Below, in pieces: positions 24,588 to 36,495 of a DNA stretch of 64,000 nucleotides (position 1 is its first letter; each line of letters opens with the position of its first letter). The notes beneath the pieces were generated by a model. The model searched no databases, was not told the DNA's origin, and was given only the letters and a program-made list of their open reading frames with translations. The stretch is from Octopus sinensis (taxonomy: Eukaryota). The stretch spans positions 88,598,001 through 88,662,000 of the forward strand of contig NC_043005.1 in assembly GCF_006345805.1 (NCBI RefSeq). The letters run 5' to 3'. Both the position numbers and the translations under genes were made by a program.

Positions 24588-25183
24588 TATATTCATACAT
24601 ATTATGAATACATATAAATCTGATATGGCCGGTTCTTTCTTGTCTTGGGATTCACGCTCTAACGGCTGGGTGGAATTGCACAAAGAATTAACAGATGTAT
24701 AGAATGATCCAGTGGTGATGATGGGCTTTGTATTTTTCATAGCTCCCATGGTTACCGAGATAATCTACTATAATAATTCTCTTGTGTTTATGAATGAGAA
24801 AGGAAGGGGTGATGTCATACTTGGTAGTGGGATGATGAAAACTGTATGCTAAAAAATAAATCAAACAGCATTTCAACTCTGTGTGAATATATGTGCGTGT
24901 TTATGTAAAATGGGGGTTATGTGAATGTGTGTGTCTGCGCAATGGAAGTGGGATGGTTCATCTTTGTTCCCTTAGTATTTGGGTTTATTTTTTGATTTGG
25001 TTGAATCTTGGTTGTTTATTTTTGTTGGTCAGTTATTTTTAGCATTTTGACAGAAAAAACGTCATTCTAAAATTGTTTTTTTAATGTAAACATGCCCAAA
25101 CAAGTCGAATGCTTACACAGAGCAGGTTTTACAGACGCATCATCCAAACCAACGGGGTGAAACTGGGATTAGCTGCTAGTATG

Positions 25184-25214
<31 letters not shown>

Positions 25215-25971
25215 ATATATATATAACAATTATTATTATTATTAACCCTTTCATTATTATGAGATGCAGCACAAAGTTTTGTCAGTGAACAGATATCGGT
25301 CTCAAAGTGACGAAAATATTTTAACAAATTAAATTTAAATGTTGAAATGAATCTAACGGTTTTGTGTGTTTCTTAAATGGCTTATAAACACCTTCCACGC
25401 CGCAATTGTTTTCGTTCCAGCACACAATCTCAGATCAGGTCACTTGCTATGCAAGTACATCTCCGTAATATATATATATACATACATACTCACACATGCA
25501 TGCGCAAATGTATGCATATAAAATGGGCTTCTGCATGGTTTCTTACCTGTAAAATTCCATTCATAAAGCATTGGTCAGTCGAGGCTTTGGTAAAAGACAC
25601 CGGTCCAAGGTGTTATGCATTGCGATCACACTTAGAACACCTTGTTGCAAAACAAACTCCTTAACTGCACAGCCACCCTTCCCCCCCATCTACCACATAC
25701 CAATTCCATCACTAAACACATTTTGTACACCAGATTATTATTATTATTATTACTAAAAAGGTGGCAAGCTGGTAGAATTGTTAGCATGCTGGGCAAAATG
25801 CTTAGTGGTATTTCGTCCATCCTTATGTTCTGAGTTCAAATTCTGCTGAGGTCACTTTTGCCTTTCACCCTTTCGGGGTTAGTTAAATAGGTACCAGTTA
25901 CACACTGGGATCGTTGTAATCGACTTAATCCCTTCCACCAAATTTGAGGCCTTGAGCTTCCAATAGAAAGG

Positions 25972-26009
<38 letters not shown>

Positions 26010-28192
26010 GGCAGTGAGCTGGCAGAATTGTTACCGCATCAGGCAAAATGCACAGCAGCATTTTGTCTGTCTTTACTCTCTGAGTTCAAATTCTGCAGAG
26101 GTCGTCTTTGCCTTTCATCCTTTTGGGGTCAGTACAACTTATACTAGTTAAGTGTTGGGGGTTGATGTAATCAACTAGTTCCCTCCCACCAAATTTCAGG
26201 TCTTGTGCTTTTAGTAGAAAAGGTTATTATTATTATTGGGAAGTTCTTCCCCCCTACCCTAGTAAATTTGTAGACAGGTGGGTGAATGTAGTGAGGATGA
26301 CCCATGCGAATGGGTCTACTCTGAACTTTCATTTGTAAACCAGAGGAGTTGAGAAATAGAGAGGTGCATCCGGTGGTCGGAATAACCAGAATGTGTGGGG
26401 TTCCTTGGTTGTCCCTGTGATGAACACCCCCTGCTTTTGGGGGAATTATATTGGTCAATTGTATTGTTAATTGTCATTGTTATTTTATTGTTTACGTGAT
26501 TTTAGTGTTAAACCTCATGACTCTAGTTTTCTATTGTCCTTCTTTGTTTTGTGTTTGGCCCTTGTGGCCAATAAAGAAACATTATTATTATTATTATTAT
26601 TATTACTATTATTATTATTAACCCTTTCATTACCGTATTTTTGTTGAGATGCTCCATGTTTCTTTCAATTAATTTTAAATATAACAAAGAAATTAGTAAA
26701 ATAACTTAGTTGTCATTAAGCTAGTGTTAGGAACATAAATTGTAACTAACGTTTGGCGGAAGATTTTAATTCAAAACTTATGAAAACAAAACATTTGTAC
26801 TCAGAGCCAGAGGTGGTTTCAGCCAGGTTGATATCAAAAGGGTGGAGGCAGCAAGCTGGCTGGATCATTATTATTCTGTCAATCTGCATGTTCTGAGTTC
26901 AAATTCCATCAAGGTCGACTTTACCTTTCATCCTTTCAGGGTTGATAAACTAAGTACCGGTTGACTGATGATGGGGTCCAATACAATTAACTTATCTCCA
27001 CCACTCCAAATTGCTGGCCTTGTGCCAAAATTTGAAGCTATTATAATTCATGAAGTGGTGAGAGCTGGTAGAACCTGAAGCTGAATGAAATGCTACTAAG
27101 CATTTCTTTCAGTTCCTTCTGTCCTGAGCTCAAATTTCACTAGGGACAACTTTGCCCTTAATCCTTTCAGAGCTGATGAAATGAATACCAGCTGAGGGCC
27201 ACAAAATTTCATGCCTTGTGTTTATGGCAGAAAGGATTATTATTAAGGCAGAATCTGTGCCTCTGCCATGTAAAAAGCACCAAGTCCACTCTGCTGAATG
27301 GTTGGTGTTAGGAAGGACATCCAGCTGTAAAAATCCTATCAAAACAGTCACAGAAGCCTGGCTGGCTCTTGTGAAACCATCCCATGCTAGCATGGGAGGT
27401 AGACATTAAATGATGATGATGATGATGATGAATCAGAAGCGTTTTGGACAAAATGCTTCGAGGTATTTCTTTTAGTTTTACCTTCTGAGTTCAAATACCT
27501 ATTTCTTTACTACCCACATGCGGCTAAACACAGAGGGGACAAACAAGGACAGACAAACGGGTTAAGTCGATTACATCGACCCAGTGCATAACTGGTACTT
27601 AATTTATCGACCACAAAAGGATGAAAGGCAGAGTCGACCTTGGTGGAATTTGAAATCAGAATGCAGGGTGGACGAAATACCGCAAAGCATTTCGCCTGGT
27701 GTGCTAACGATTCTGCCAGCTCGCCACCTTTTGAGTTCAAATACCATCAAAGTCATCTTTACTTTTCATCCATTTTGGGGTCAATAAAGAGTTGATAAGA
27801 TATGCACCTATTGAGCATTGGGGTTGATGTAATCAACTACACTTTTCTCAAAATTACTGGCCTTGTGTCAAAAATTAGAAACCATTATTATTATCAAAAC
27901 AGTGAGCTGGCAGAATTTGAAACATTATTTTTTTTCACTACCAGTTGAGCACATGGGTTGATGCAATTGATTTGCCCACCTTCTCAGCGTCCCCTGCCCC
28001 TCCGAATTACTGGTCTTGTGTCAAAATTAGAATGAATTATTTCTAAGAAGTATTCTTCTGACTCTTTTTGTTCTTAAAAGAAGTACCACTTGAGTACCGA
28101 CGTCAGTATAATCGACTATTCCCCTCCCGCCAAATTTCAGGCATTGTGCGTATAATAGAAATCATCATCATCATCATTATTATTATTATTAT

Positions 28193-28815
28193 TGAGGTGG
28201 CAAGCTGGCAGAGTGATTAGCATGCTGAGTGAAATGCTTAGCGGTATTTCGTCTGCCGTTACGTTCTGAGTTCAAATTCCGCTGAGGTCGACTTTGCCAT
28301 TCATCCTTTCGGGGTCGATAAATTAAGTACCAGTTACGTACTGGGGTCGATGTAATTGACTTAATCCGTTTGTCTGCCCCTGTTTGTCCCCTCTGTGTTT
28401 AGCCCCTTGTGGGTAGTAAAGAGATAGGTATTTCATGTCTTTACGTGCTGAGTTCAAACTCCACCAAGGTCGACTTTGCCTTTCATCCTTTCAAGGTCAA
28501 TAAATTAAGTACCAGTTGCATACTGCAGTCAATCTAATCGACTGGCCCCCTCCCCCCAAATTTTGGGCCTTGTGCCTAGAGTAGAAAAGATTATTATTAT
28601 TATTCAGGTGGTGAGCTGGCAGAGTTATTAGCGTACTGGACAAAATGCTTAGTGGTATTTCGTCTGTCACTATGTTCTGAGTTCAAACTCCACTAAGGTC
28701 GACTTTGCCTTTCATCCTTTTGGGATCAATAAAATAAGTACCAATTACACACTGGGGGTCGATGCAATCGGTTCCTCCCCACCTCCCCTAAGCTACCCTT
28801 GTGGCAAAAATTTGA
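28193..28815 (+). mobile_element. SINE family A, dimeric copy plus an adjacent monomer
   Basis: As family A; copies separated by (ATT)n. Confidence 0.8.
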
Positions 28816-29353
28816 AATAACTATTATTCATCAGCTGATGAAACCTGTGCCACAGAACAATTATTTCTCAGGTGACTGCATCTTATTAATTATATATTTT
28901 TTACAGAGTAATGTTTGTGTTGTTGTTGTGACTGTCTGGGTGATTTGAATGAATGGCCTGAAGTCTCTAGCGAGATTGATTGAGAAGATCTTGTAGATTA
29001 CAAATTAGTGTTTACAAATTAGATTTATAAATTATATAAATAAAATTTAAAAAAAAACATCTAAAAATATTTTTTCTTTTCTTCAAAAAATTTTTTCTTC
29101 TTCTTCAAAGTAAAGTATTTAAAAAATAAATAAATAAAACTAAAAAGAAAAAAAAAATTTAAATTAAATAAAGACAAGAAAAACAAAATAAATAAAAATA
29201 TATCTTTTGACGCCAAAAGTTCCATACACATCATCAATTCTTGTTCTGAGATTCTCAAAACAAACATTTGTTTTCTTTTTTTTTTCAATATTTTTTTTGT
29301 CCAATTGTTTTTATTTTTTATCCAGTTTTCTTCTTTTTTTGTTTTATCCATCC

Positions 29354-29610
29354 TCATCTTGTGTTGTTGTTTTCTTCAGCAGTTTTTAAGACTTGATATT
29401 CCGTGAACCAAATTCCAAAGCCTATCAGGGTGAAGCACCCAGAGACTATGGCCAGGGCCAAGGACCAGCCGACCGTTAATTGTCCGGTGAGGTCAACGTT
29501 TGTCAAAGATGGAAAATTGTTTATTGTTCGGTAATTATGAGTTTTCATGGCGTAAAGGTAATCTTTTCCTTTCACTGCCATCACAATTGTTCCCATGAGT
29601 GTTAAGCAAC
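29354..29610 (-). CDS. PMP22/EMP/claudin-family tetraspan protein, last coding exon (end of TM3, ECL2, TM4, stop)
   Basis: Acceptor ...TCTCCCAAAG ending at 29611; phase 1; (G)CLTLMGTIVM...TVGWSLALAIVSGCFTLIGFGIWF...NNNTR*; 257 nt keeps the frame. Confidence 0.9.
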
Positions 29611-29614
29611 CTTT

Positions 29615-29982
29615 GGGAGAGAAAGAGAGAGAAAAAATGGGAAAATGAAGATATTAGGTAGAATTTTGGAGAGAGGGAGGGAGAGAGAGGAGAGAGTAGA
29701 GAAAGAGAAGAGGAAGAGAACAGAGAGAGGGGGAGAGAGAAAAGAGAGAGTAGAGAGTAGAGAAAGAGGAAAGAGAGAACAGAGGGAGTGAGAGAGAGGG
29801 AAGAGAAAGAGAACGGTAGGAGGGGGAGAGAGAGAGGAAAGAGTAGAGAAAGAGAAGAGGAAAGAGAGAAGAGAACAGAGAGAGGGGTGAGAGAACAGAG
29901 AAAGAGAGAGGAGAGTGGGGACAGAGAGAGGGAGAGAGGAGAGAGAGAAGAGAAAGAGAGAACAGGAGGGGAGAGAGAGGAG
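29615..29982. repeat. GA-rich low-complexity tract (polypyrimidine on the gene's sense strand, next to the acceptor)
   Basis: Direct reading. Confidence 0.9.
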
Positions 29983-30086
29983 GGTTCATTATAAACCATC
30001 ATGTCTTCTACTATAGCCTCTGGCCGACCAAAGCCTTGTGAGTGGATTTAGTAGAAGGAAACTGAAAGAAGCCCATCGTATATATG

Positions 30087-30133
<47 letters not shown>

Positions 30134-30374
30134 ATGTGTGTGTGTATGTTTGTGTGTCTGTGTTTGTCCTCTCAATATCGCTTGACAACCGATGCTGGTG
30201 CGTTTACGCCCCCGTAACTTAGCGGTTCAGCAAGAGCTCGATAGAATAGGTACTAGGCTTACAAAGAATAAGTCCTGGGGTCGATTCGCTCGACTAAAAG
30301 GCGGTGCTCCGGCATGGCCACAGTCAAATGACTGTAAAAGAGTAAAGAGGTTAAAAAGAAGGGGCCAGCATTCT

Positions 30375-30800
30375 AATAATGAAATTATTGTATACAGAGC
30401 TTAGGTGCACCACAACTTGTCAGAAAGTGCGTAGGGAGTATATGCAGTAATGTACAAATGTCTGGAAAGTGAACAGTGTATGAGTCAGATACATGCTTGT
30501 GTGTGTATGGAGGGGAGAAAATCAGGTGTAGTGTTGGCGAATCTCAGGAAGCATGGAAGTTTTGAAGGATGCAGTGCTCCGACAACTAACAACTGATGCC
30601 GGCAGTTTGTTCGATGCTTCAGCAACTCTTAGCGTGAAAACATGTTTCCTAAAGTCATGGGAGCTGTGCTGTTTTCTGACTTTGTAAATATGTCCACGGG
30701 TGTTAGACGGGTGGAGTTTGAAAAGGTGCTCAGAGTTATTGTTTGTAAGATGGTTAATAATTTTATCATTGCATATTTGTTTGTCCAGAATATTTGTCTA
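30375..30800 (-). mobile_element. CR1-type LINE 3' fragment
   Basis: Homologous to about 16800-17180. Confidence 0.8.
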
Positions 30801-30943
30801 ACTTTCAAATCGAGACCGTTTATCAATCCAGACCATTATATTTCTTCAATTAGTCACATCATTTTGTATATTTATGTATTTATTATTTAATTTATATTAC
30901 CTATTTTTATAATTTATGGATATATTTCATTAATTTAAATGTG

Positions 30944-31324
30944 CATGCACACACACACATGACAGACTTCTTTCAGTTTCCATCTACCAATTCCACTTAC
31001 AAGGGTTTGGTTGAGCAAGGTCTATAGTAGAAAACACTTGCCCAAGGTGCCATGCAGTGGGACTGAACCTAGAACCATGTGCTTGGGAAGCAAGTTTCTT
31101 ACTACACAACCACACTTCATCATCATCATCATCATCATCATGATGATGAAGTGTGGTTGTGTAGTAAGAAACTTGCTTCCCAAGCACATGGTTCTAGGTT
31201 CAGTCCCACTGCATGGCACCTTGGGCAAGTGTTTTCTACTATAGACCTTGCTCAACCAAACCCTTGTAAGTGGAATTGGTAGATGGAAACTGAAAGAAGC
31301 CTGTCATGTGTGTGTGTGTGCATG
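30944..31324. repeat. Near-perfect ~380-bp palindrome of a SINE-B 5' fragment centred on (CAT)n/(ATG)n
   Basis: Arms match except one substitution, one CA unit and extra central CAT units. Confidence 0.9.
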
Positions 31325-32383
31325 TGTGTACATGTGTGTGTGCGTGTGTGTATATAAAATACTGGGGTTGATTTATTTGATTAAAAATTTTCCAAGATGG
31401 TGCCCCAGCATGGCCACAGTCAAATGTTTTAAACAAATAAAAGATAAAAGTCTGTGTGATGCTGGTTATTTGGGGGTCACATTGAAACCCTTCTCCACTG
31501 GAAGAAAGTAATTAAAGCTCTTAATAACACTAGAGTTGTCACCACCACCACCATCACCACCACCACCGGCGCCGCCACCACCACCGAAGACACAATTGAC
31601 AATAGTGTACAGAGATGTCAGTCACCAAGTCAATCACTTTCAACTACTAACAGCTACCACAGTCAAAACTACTGCATCATTCTCAGTCACCATGGCAACC
31701 ACAAGTACTCCAATCACTGCAAAGACCACCACCACCACCACCACCATTATTATTAATAGTTTCATCCCCACCCCAGAACACGTATCTCATCATCCCAATC
31801 ACCATTTACTTTAAAACATCCACCACCACCACCACCACCACCAAACACACACACTCTCTCTGTCTCTCTCTCTCTTCTCCTCTGGCAGGGCAATAACAAC
31901 CAGTTTTAGTCTTTAATTACTGGTGATGTAATAATGCCCCTGATTAAACTCCTGCTTGACATGAAAGACATCAAAACTCCAATATCAACAGATAAAGATC
32001 TTCATCTTCACAAGAGTTTTTATAGGAAAATTTACTGCGATTTTACTGAGCTGGAAGAAAGCGCAGCAGTCATGGCAATGATGGGGTGGGGTGGGGGAAA
32101 TTAACATGCACTAATGATGACCGTAGTGGTAGTAGTAGTAGTAGTAGTAGTTGTGTAGTTGTGTAGTTCTGATTGAGCAGACACATTATCAGTCCCATCA
32201 TTATTTTCTTTCTGAGACAGTCCACCAAAGACTACATCAAACGATGTGTTGTTTCTTTTATTTTCTAAAGACAGTGGGAAACAAACGTGATTTGAGGGAG
32301 ATCTGTCAACTATTTCTCTCAAGCTGACCAACCAGGCAGAAGATGCCTCTTTTGACTGTTGTTGCTAGTATAGTATAGTATAG

Positions 32384-32417
<34 letters not shown>

Positions 32418-32630
32418 GTTGATAGATATGACAGGTTAGCTTGGGAAGTTAAGCAGTTATGGTCGATGAAAAAGGTGGTAGTAATACCAATAATTGTTGG
32501 AGTCCTGGGAACAGTGAGCAAAAATCTTGAGAGGTACATGGAACAAATAGGGGCTGCAATAAAGGTGGAGCACTTGCAGAAAACAAGCACTGCTTGGAAC
32601 CGTTCGAATACTCTGGATGGTGCTCAAAAA
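32418..32630 (+). mobile_element. C-terminal RLE fragment of an R4/Dong-like non-LTR retrotransposon
   Basis: DRYDRLAWEVKQLWSMKKVVVIPIIVGVLG...LQKT/ALLGTVRILWMVL (one frameshift) fits the KY..L..E...LW...V.P...G.LG...QK..LLGT..IL pattern. Confidence 0.7.
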
Positions 32631-32746
32631 ATAAGGGGTGTTACCTTAGTTCATTGGTAGTGAACAGCTGACACTGTAGTATATCTCCAGTGTTAGAAGC
32701 TGTGCAAAGGCAATGATAATAATAAGAATAATAATTATTATTATTA

Positions 32747-33440
32747 AGGAGGTGAGCTGGCAGAATTGTTAGCATGCTGGTCAAAATGCTAAGTGGCATT
32801 TTGTCTGTCTTTACATTTCTGAGTTCAAATTCCACCAAGGTCGACTTTGCCTTTCGTACTTTTGGGGTTAATAAAATAAGGACCAGTTGAATATTGAGGT
32901 TGATGTAATCAACTTACCCCACCTCCCATAATTGCTGGCCTTGTGCTAAAATTTGAAATCATCATCATTATTATTGTTGTTGTTATTACTATTATTAAGG
33001 TGGTGAGCTGGCAGAAACATTAGCACACTGGGTGAAATGCTTAGCGGTATTTCGTCTACCATCACTTCCTGAGTTCAAATTCTGCCGAGGTCAACTTTGC
33101 CTTTCATCCTTTCGGGGTCAATAAATTAAGTACCAGTTCTGTACTGGGGTCGATCTAATTGACTGGCCCCCTCCCCAAAAATTTCCAGCCTTGTGCCTAG
33201 AGTAGAAATTATTATTATTATTATTAAGGTGGCCAGCTGGCAGAATGGTTAGCATGACATGTGAAATGCTGACCGGCATTTCGTCTGTCTCCACATTCTG
33301 AGTTCAAATTTCGCTGAGGTCAACTTTGTCTTTCATCCTTTCATAGTCGATAAACCAAGTACCAGTTACGCACTGGGGTCAATGTAATTGACTAGACCCC
33401 TACCACCAAATTTCAGGCCTTGTGCCTATAGTAGAAAGAT
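32747..33440 (+). mobile_element. Three consecutive SINE family A monomers separated by (ATT)n
   Basis: Heads at about 32747, 32997 and 33227. Confidence 0.8.
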
Positions 33441-34885
33441 TATTATTATTATTATTATTAGTTGTAGCTAAGTTCCCAGGTCAGCTCTGATTGGTCAAGA
33501 AGACTTATGATTAAAGTTGTTCCTGTCATCTTTATCCCGATATTTCTCTCATACATTATCCATGATGACTTCATTATCTCTTGTATCCCTACTTTGTAAG
33601 ATGGTAGAGGATTTAAGAAAAACTCAGCTGCTATTTCTACCATGCAGAATGACCACATAGAGGTAGGCTCATCTTTTATGATGATGATAATGATGAGAAT
33701 GTTACTTAGCTCCAGTCAAACTTAATGAGGCAGACTAAATACAATATAACCATGACCATCCCGTTTTTGTTGAGGGGAGCGGATGGGGTATCTGGGTTGA
33801 TGCTAGCCCCCTCTGGCCCCTGTGCCAGTGGTACGTATAAAAGCACCCATTACACTCACGGAGTGGTTGGCGTTAGGAAGGGCATCCAGCTGTAGAAACA
33901 CACCCAGATCAGATTGGAGCCTGATGCAGCCTCCTGGCTTCCCAGACCCCAGATGAACAGTCCAACCCATGTCAGCATGGAAAATGGATGTTAAATGATG
34001 ATGATGAGGATGATGTGTCCTTCCCTGACTGTTATTTCTAGCAGGCTGAGCAACTGCCAATAAGCTCTCTTTTCATCATTATTGTTTTCATGTCCCCTTC
34101 TCCATGCTTGCATGGGTCAGATGGGAATTTGTTGACTTATTTGTTCCACAGCTGGACGCTCTTCCTGAGACCAACCCTCACCTGCTCCCAAGCAATGGAA
34201 TATTTCCCCAGGGATGGTCATGTTTTAAAACAAAATTGGAAATGAACAATAATACTTATCTTTTATCTTTCCCTTGCTTCAGTTGTTGGGCTGTGGCCAT
34301 GCTGGGGCACCACCTTGAGGAATTTTAATCAAATGAATTGACTCTAGTGCTCATTGTTTTTTAAAAGCATGGTACTTATTTCATCAGTTTCTTTTACTGA
34401 ACTGCTAAGTTATTGGGACACAAACAAACTAACAATGGTTATCAAGCAATGGTGGGGGACAAACACAGAAACAAAGACACACACACACATGCATATATAT
34501 ATATATAGGGTAAACGTTTTTTTAATTTTCTCCTGGTTTGCGGAATTAATGTTATTTTGCGGTTGAAGCTTTGGCTGTTATTTCTAGTGGGTGAATGGCC
34601 TATTATGGCCGTTCCTTGATTGTGATGTTGAACTTATAAATGGTCTATGACTATTTAATTTTTTCCCACTAGGCCGCTGGTGACAAAAAAATTCTACAAA
34701 ATTTTTTTGCCACCCTATATTGATTAATTATGAATTTTCTGGTTGATTCCGTAATGGAATCGGCGGATTATATTTATTTGCTGCCGATAAATTTGGCGCG
34801 AGTGCGATGATTTGAAAATTTTAGGTCAGATATTGCTGAGGCAGGGACAGAAGTGCCTCGTGAAAATATCTGTTCCGATCTGGCT

Positions 34886-34992
34886 ATTTCTTACTGACGA
34901 ATCTAAGGGCCTATGGAAGATTGGCTTGATTTAATTTAATCAGGTTAGTTTACCATTAAACAGTAGATGAAACGGTGCATCGTATAAGAAAT
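34886..34992 (+). ncRNA. Type I hammerhead ribozyme, unit 1 (predicted cleavage after GUA at 34984)
   Basis: Stem I ATTTCTTA (34886-34893)/TAAGAAAT (34985-34992); core CTGACGA (34894-34900); stem II ATCTA (34901-34905)/TAGAT (34964-34968); GAAA (34969-34972); stem III ACGG-TGCA-TCGT; triplet GTA. Confidence 0.85.
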
Positions 34993-35374
34993 TACAGGGT
35001 AAACGTTTTTTTAATTTTCTCCTGGTTTGCAGAATTAATGTTATTTTGCGGTTGAAGCTTTGGCTGTTATTTCTAGTGGGTGAATGGCCTATTATGGCCG
35101 TTCCTTGATTGTGATGTTGAATTTATAAATGGTCTATGACTATTTAATTTTTTCCCACTAGGCCGCTGGTGACAAAAAAATTCTACAAAATTTTTTTGCC
35201 ACCCTATATTGATTAATTATGAATTTTCTGGTTGATTCCGTAATGGAATCGGCGGCTTATATTTATTTGCTGCCGATAAATTTGGCGCGAGTGCGATGAT
35301 TTGAAAATTTTAGGTCAGATATTGCCGAGGCAGGGACAGAAGTGCCTCGTGAAAATATCTGTTCCGATCTGGCT

Positions 35375-35481
35375 ATTTCTTACTGACGAATCTAAGGGCC
35401 TATGGAAGATTGGCTTGATTTAATTTAATCAGGTTAGTTTACCATTAAACAGTAGATGAAACGGTGCATCGTATAAGAAAT
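35375..35481 (+). ncRNA. Type I hammerhead ribozyme, unit 2 (predicted cleavage after 35473)
   Basis: Same sequence as unit 1, offset by 489. Confidence 0.85.
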
Positions 35482-36348
35482 TACAGGGTAAACGTTTTTT
35501 TAATTTTCTCCTGGTTTGCGGAATTAATGTTATTTTGTGGTTGAAGCTTTGGCTGTTATTTCTAGTGGGTGAATGGCCTATTATGGCCGTTCCTTGATTG
35601 TGATATATATATATATATATATGACAGCCTTCTTTCAGTTACCCTCTACCAAATCCACTGACAAGGCTTATGGTTGGCTTGAGGCCATAGTAGAAGACAC
35701 TTACCCAAGGTGCCACACAGTGGGACTGAACCCCAAACCATGTGGTTGGGAAGCACTAGTCGTCAAACGGTAGGAGTGCAAATGCATAAAGAGAGGGAGA
35801 CACACACCCACGAAACAGGTTTCTGCACAGTTTCCATCTTCCAAATTCACTCCCAATGCATTTGTGGGCCCAGGGCTTATAGGTGGGACACAACAGTAAA
35901 ACGGAAAAACTTCTGAGTGGATTAGGTAGAGAGAAAATGAAAGAAACCTGCCACGTCACATCACATCATGTCCATCCGTCTGTCCATTTGTCTATCCATC
36001 TATCCGTTTGTCTATTTGTCTGTCCGTTTGTCCATCCATCCATCCATGCATGTGACTGAGTTTGGTCTCCACCTTTTCCTGACAACGAATGTTGATTTGT
36101 TTACTTCTCCGTGGATTTGCTTGACAAAATCCACTCCTCAAGGCAGAGCCCCAGCATGGCCAGAGCCCAATGACTGAAACAAGTTAAAGATAAAAGGTAA
36201 AAAAAATTGCCTTAAACAAACTCCCTTTGGTGAGTGTGAGGTCACACTTATGTCAAAAGCTTAACCCCATTGAGCAAACATTAGGCATTGTGTTACACAA
36301 CCCAATCACCATAAACAGCAGAGCCGTCACTGAGAGGATGGTACTTAC

Positions 36349-36495
36349 CAGCAGAGAATGCAATGAGGCAGAGACAAATGACTGTGATGATTTTGTTAGC
36401 ATGAGAAATGGCTGTGTAGCAGATGAGGGTTATCAGACAGGCCAGCTGACAGACGAGAGCCACCACAAAGAAACCTTGGGAAGCTCGAGCAAAAT
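36349..36495 (-). CDS. PMP22/EMP/claudin-family protein, middle coding exon (TM2-TM3)
   Basis: Acceptor CTCTCTTTTCCAG ending at 36496; donor G|GTAAGT at 36348; 147 nt, phase 1-1; (D)FARASQGFFVVALVCQLACLITLICYTAISHANKIITVICLCLIAFSA. Confidence 0.9.

Larger units (their letters stand above)
34507..35604 (+). mobile_element. Tandem array, 2.25 x 489-bp monomer, each full unit carrying a hammerhead (candidate non-LTR retrozyme)
   Basis: GGGTAAACG unit starts at 34508, 34997 and 35486; only 4 differences spotted between units 1 and 2. Confidence 0.85.
34255..35755 (-). mobile_element. SINE family B split at its internal (TA)n by the 489-bp array
   Basis: 3' part at 34255-34506 and 5' part at 35605-35755 join into a colinear SINE B. 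Confidence 0.75.

Noticed and set aside
28827-28842. 16-bp palindrome TTCATCAGCTGATGAA
   Set aside because: Isolated, with no supporting context; a single short palindrome is weak evidence in 64 kb of AT-rich DNA
34508-34996. Second ribozyme on the minus strand (viroid-like ambisense circle), an ORF, or Pol III boxes in the monomer
   Set aside because: No CUGANGA on the minus strand, no long ORF, and only imperfect A/B-box-like strings (TGGCGCGAGTG, GTTCCGATC); other ribozyme classes could not be excluded by eye
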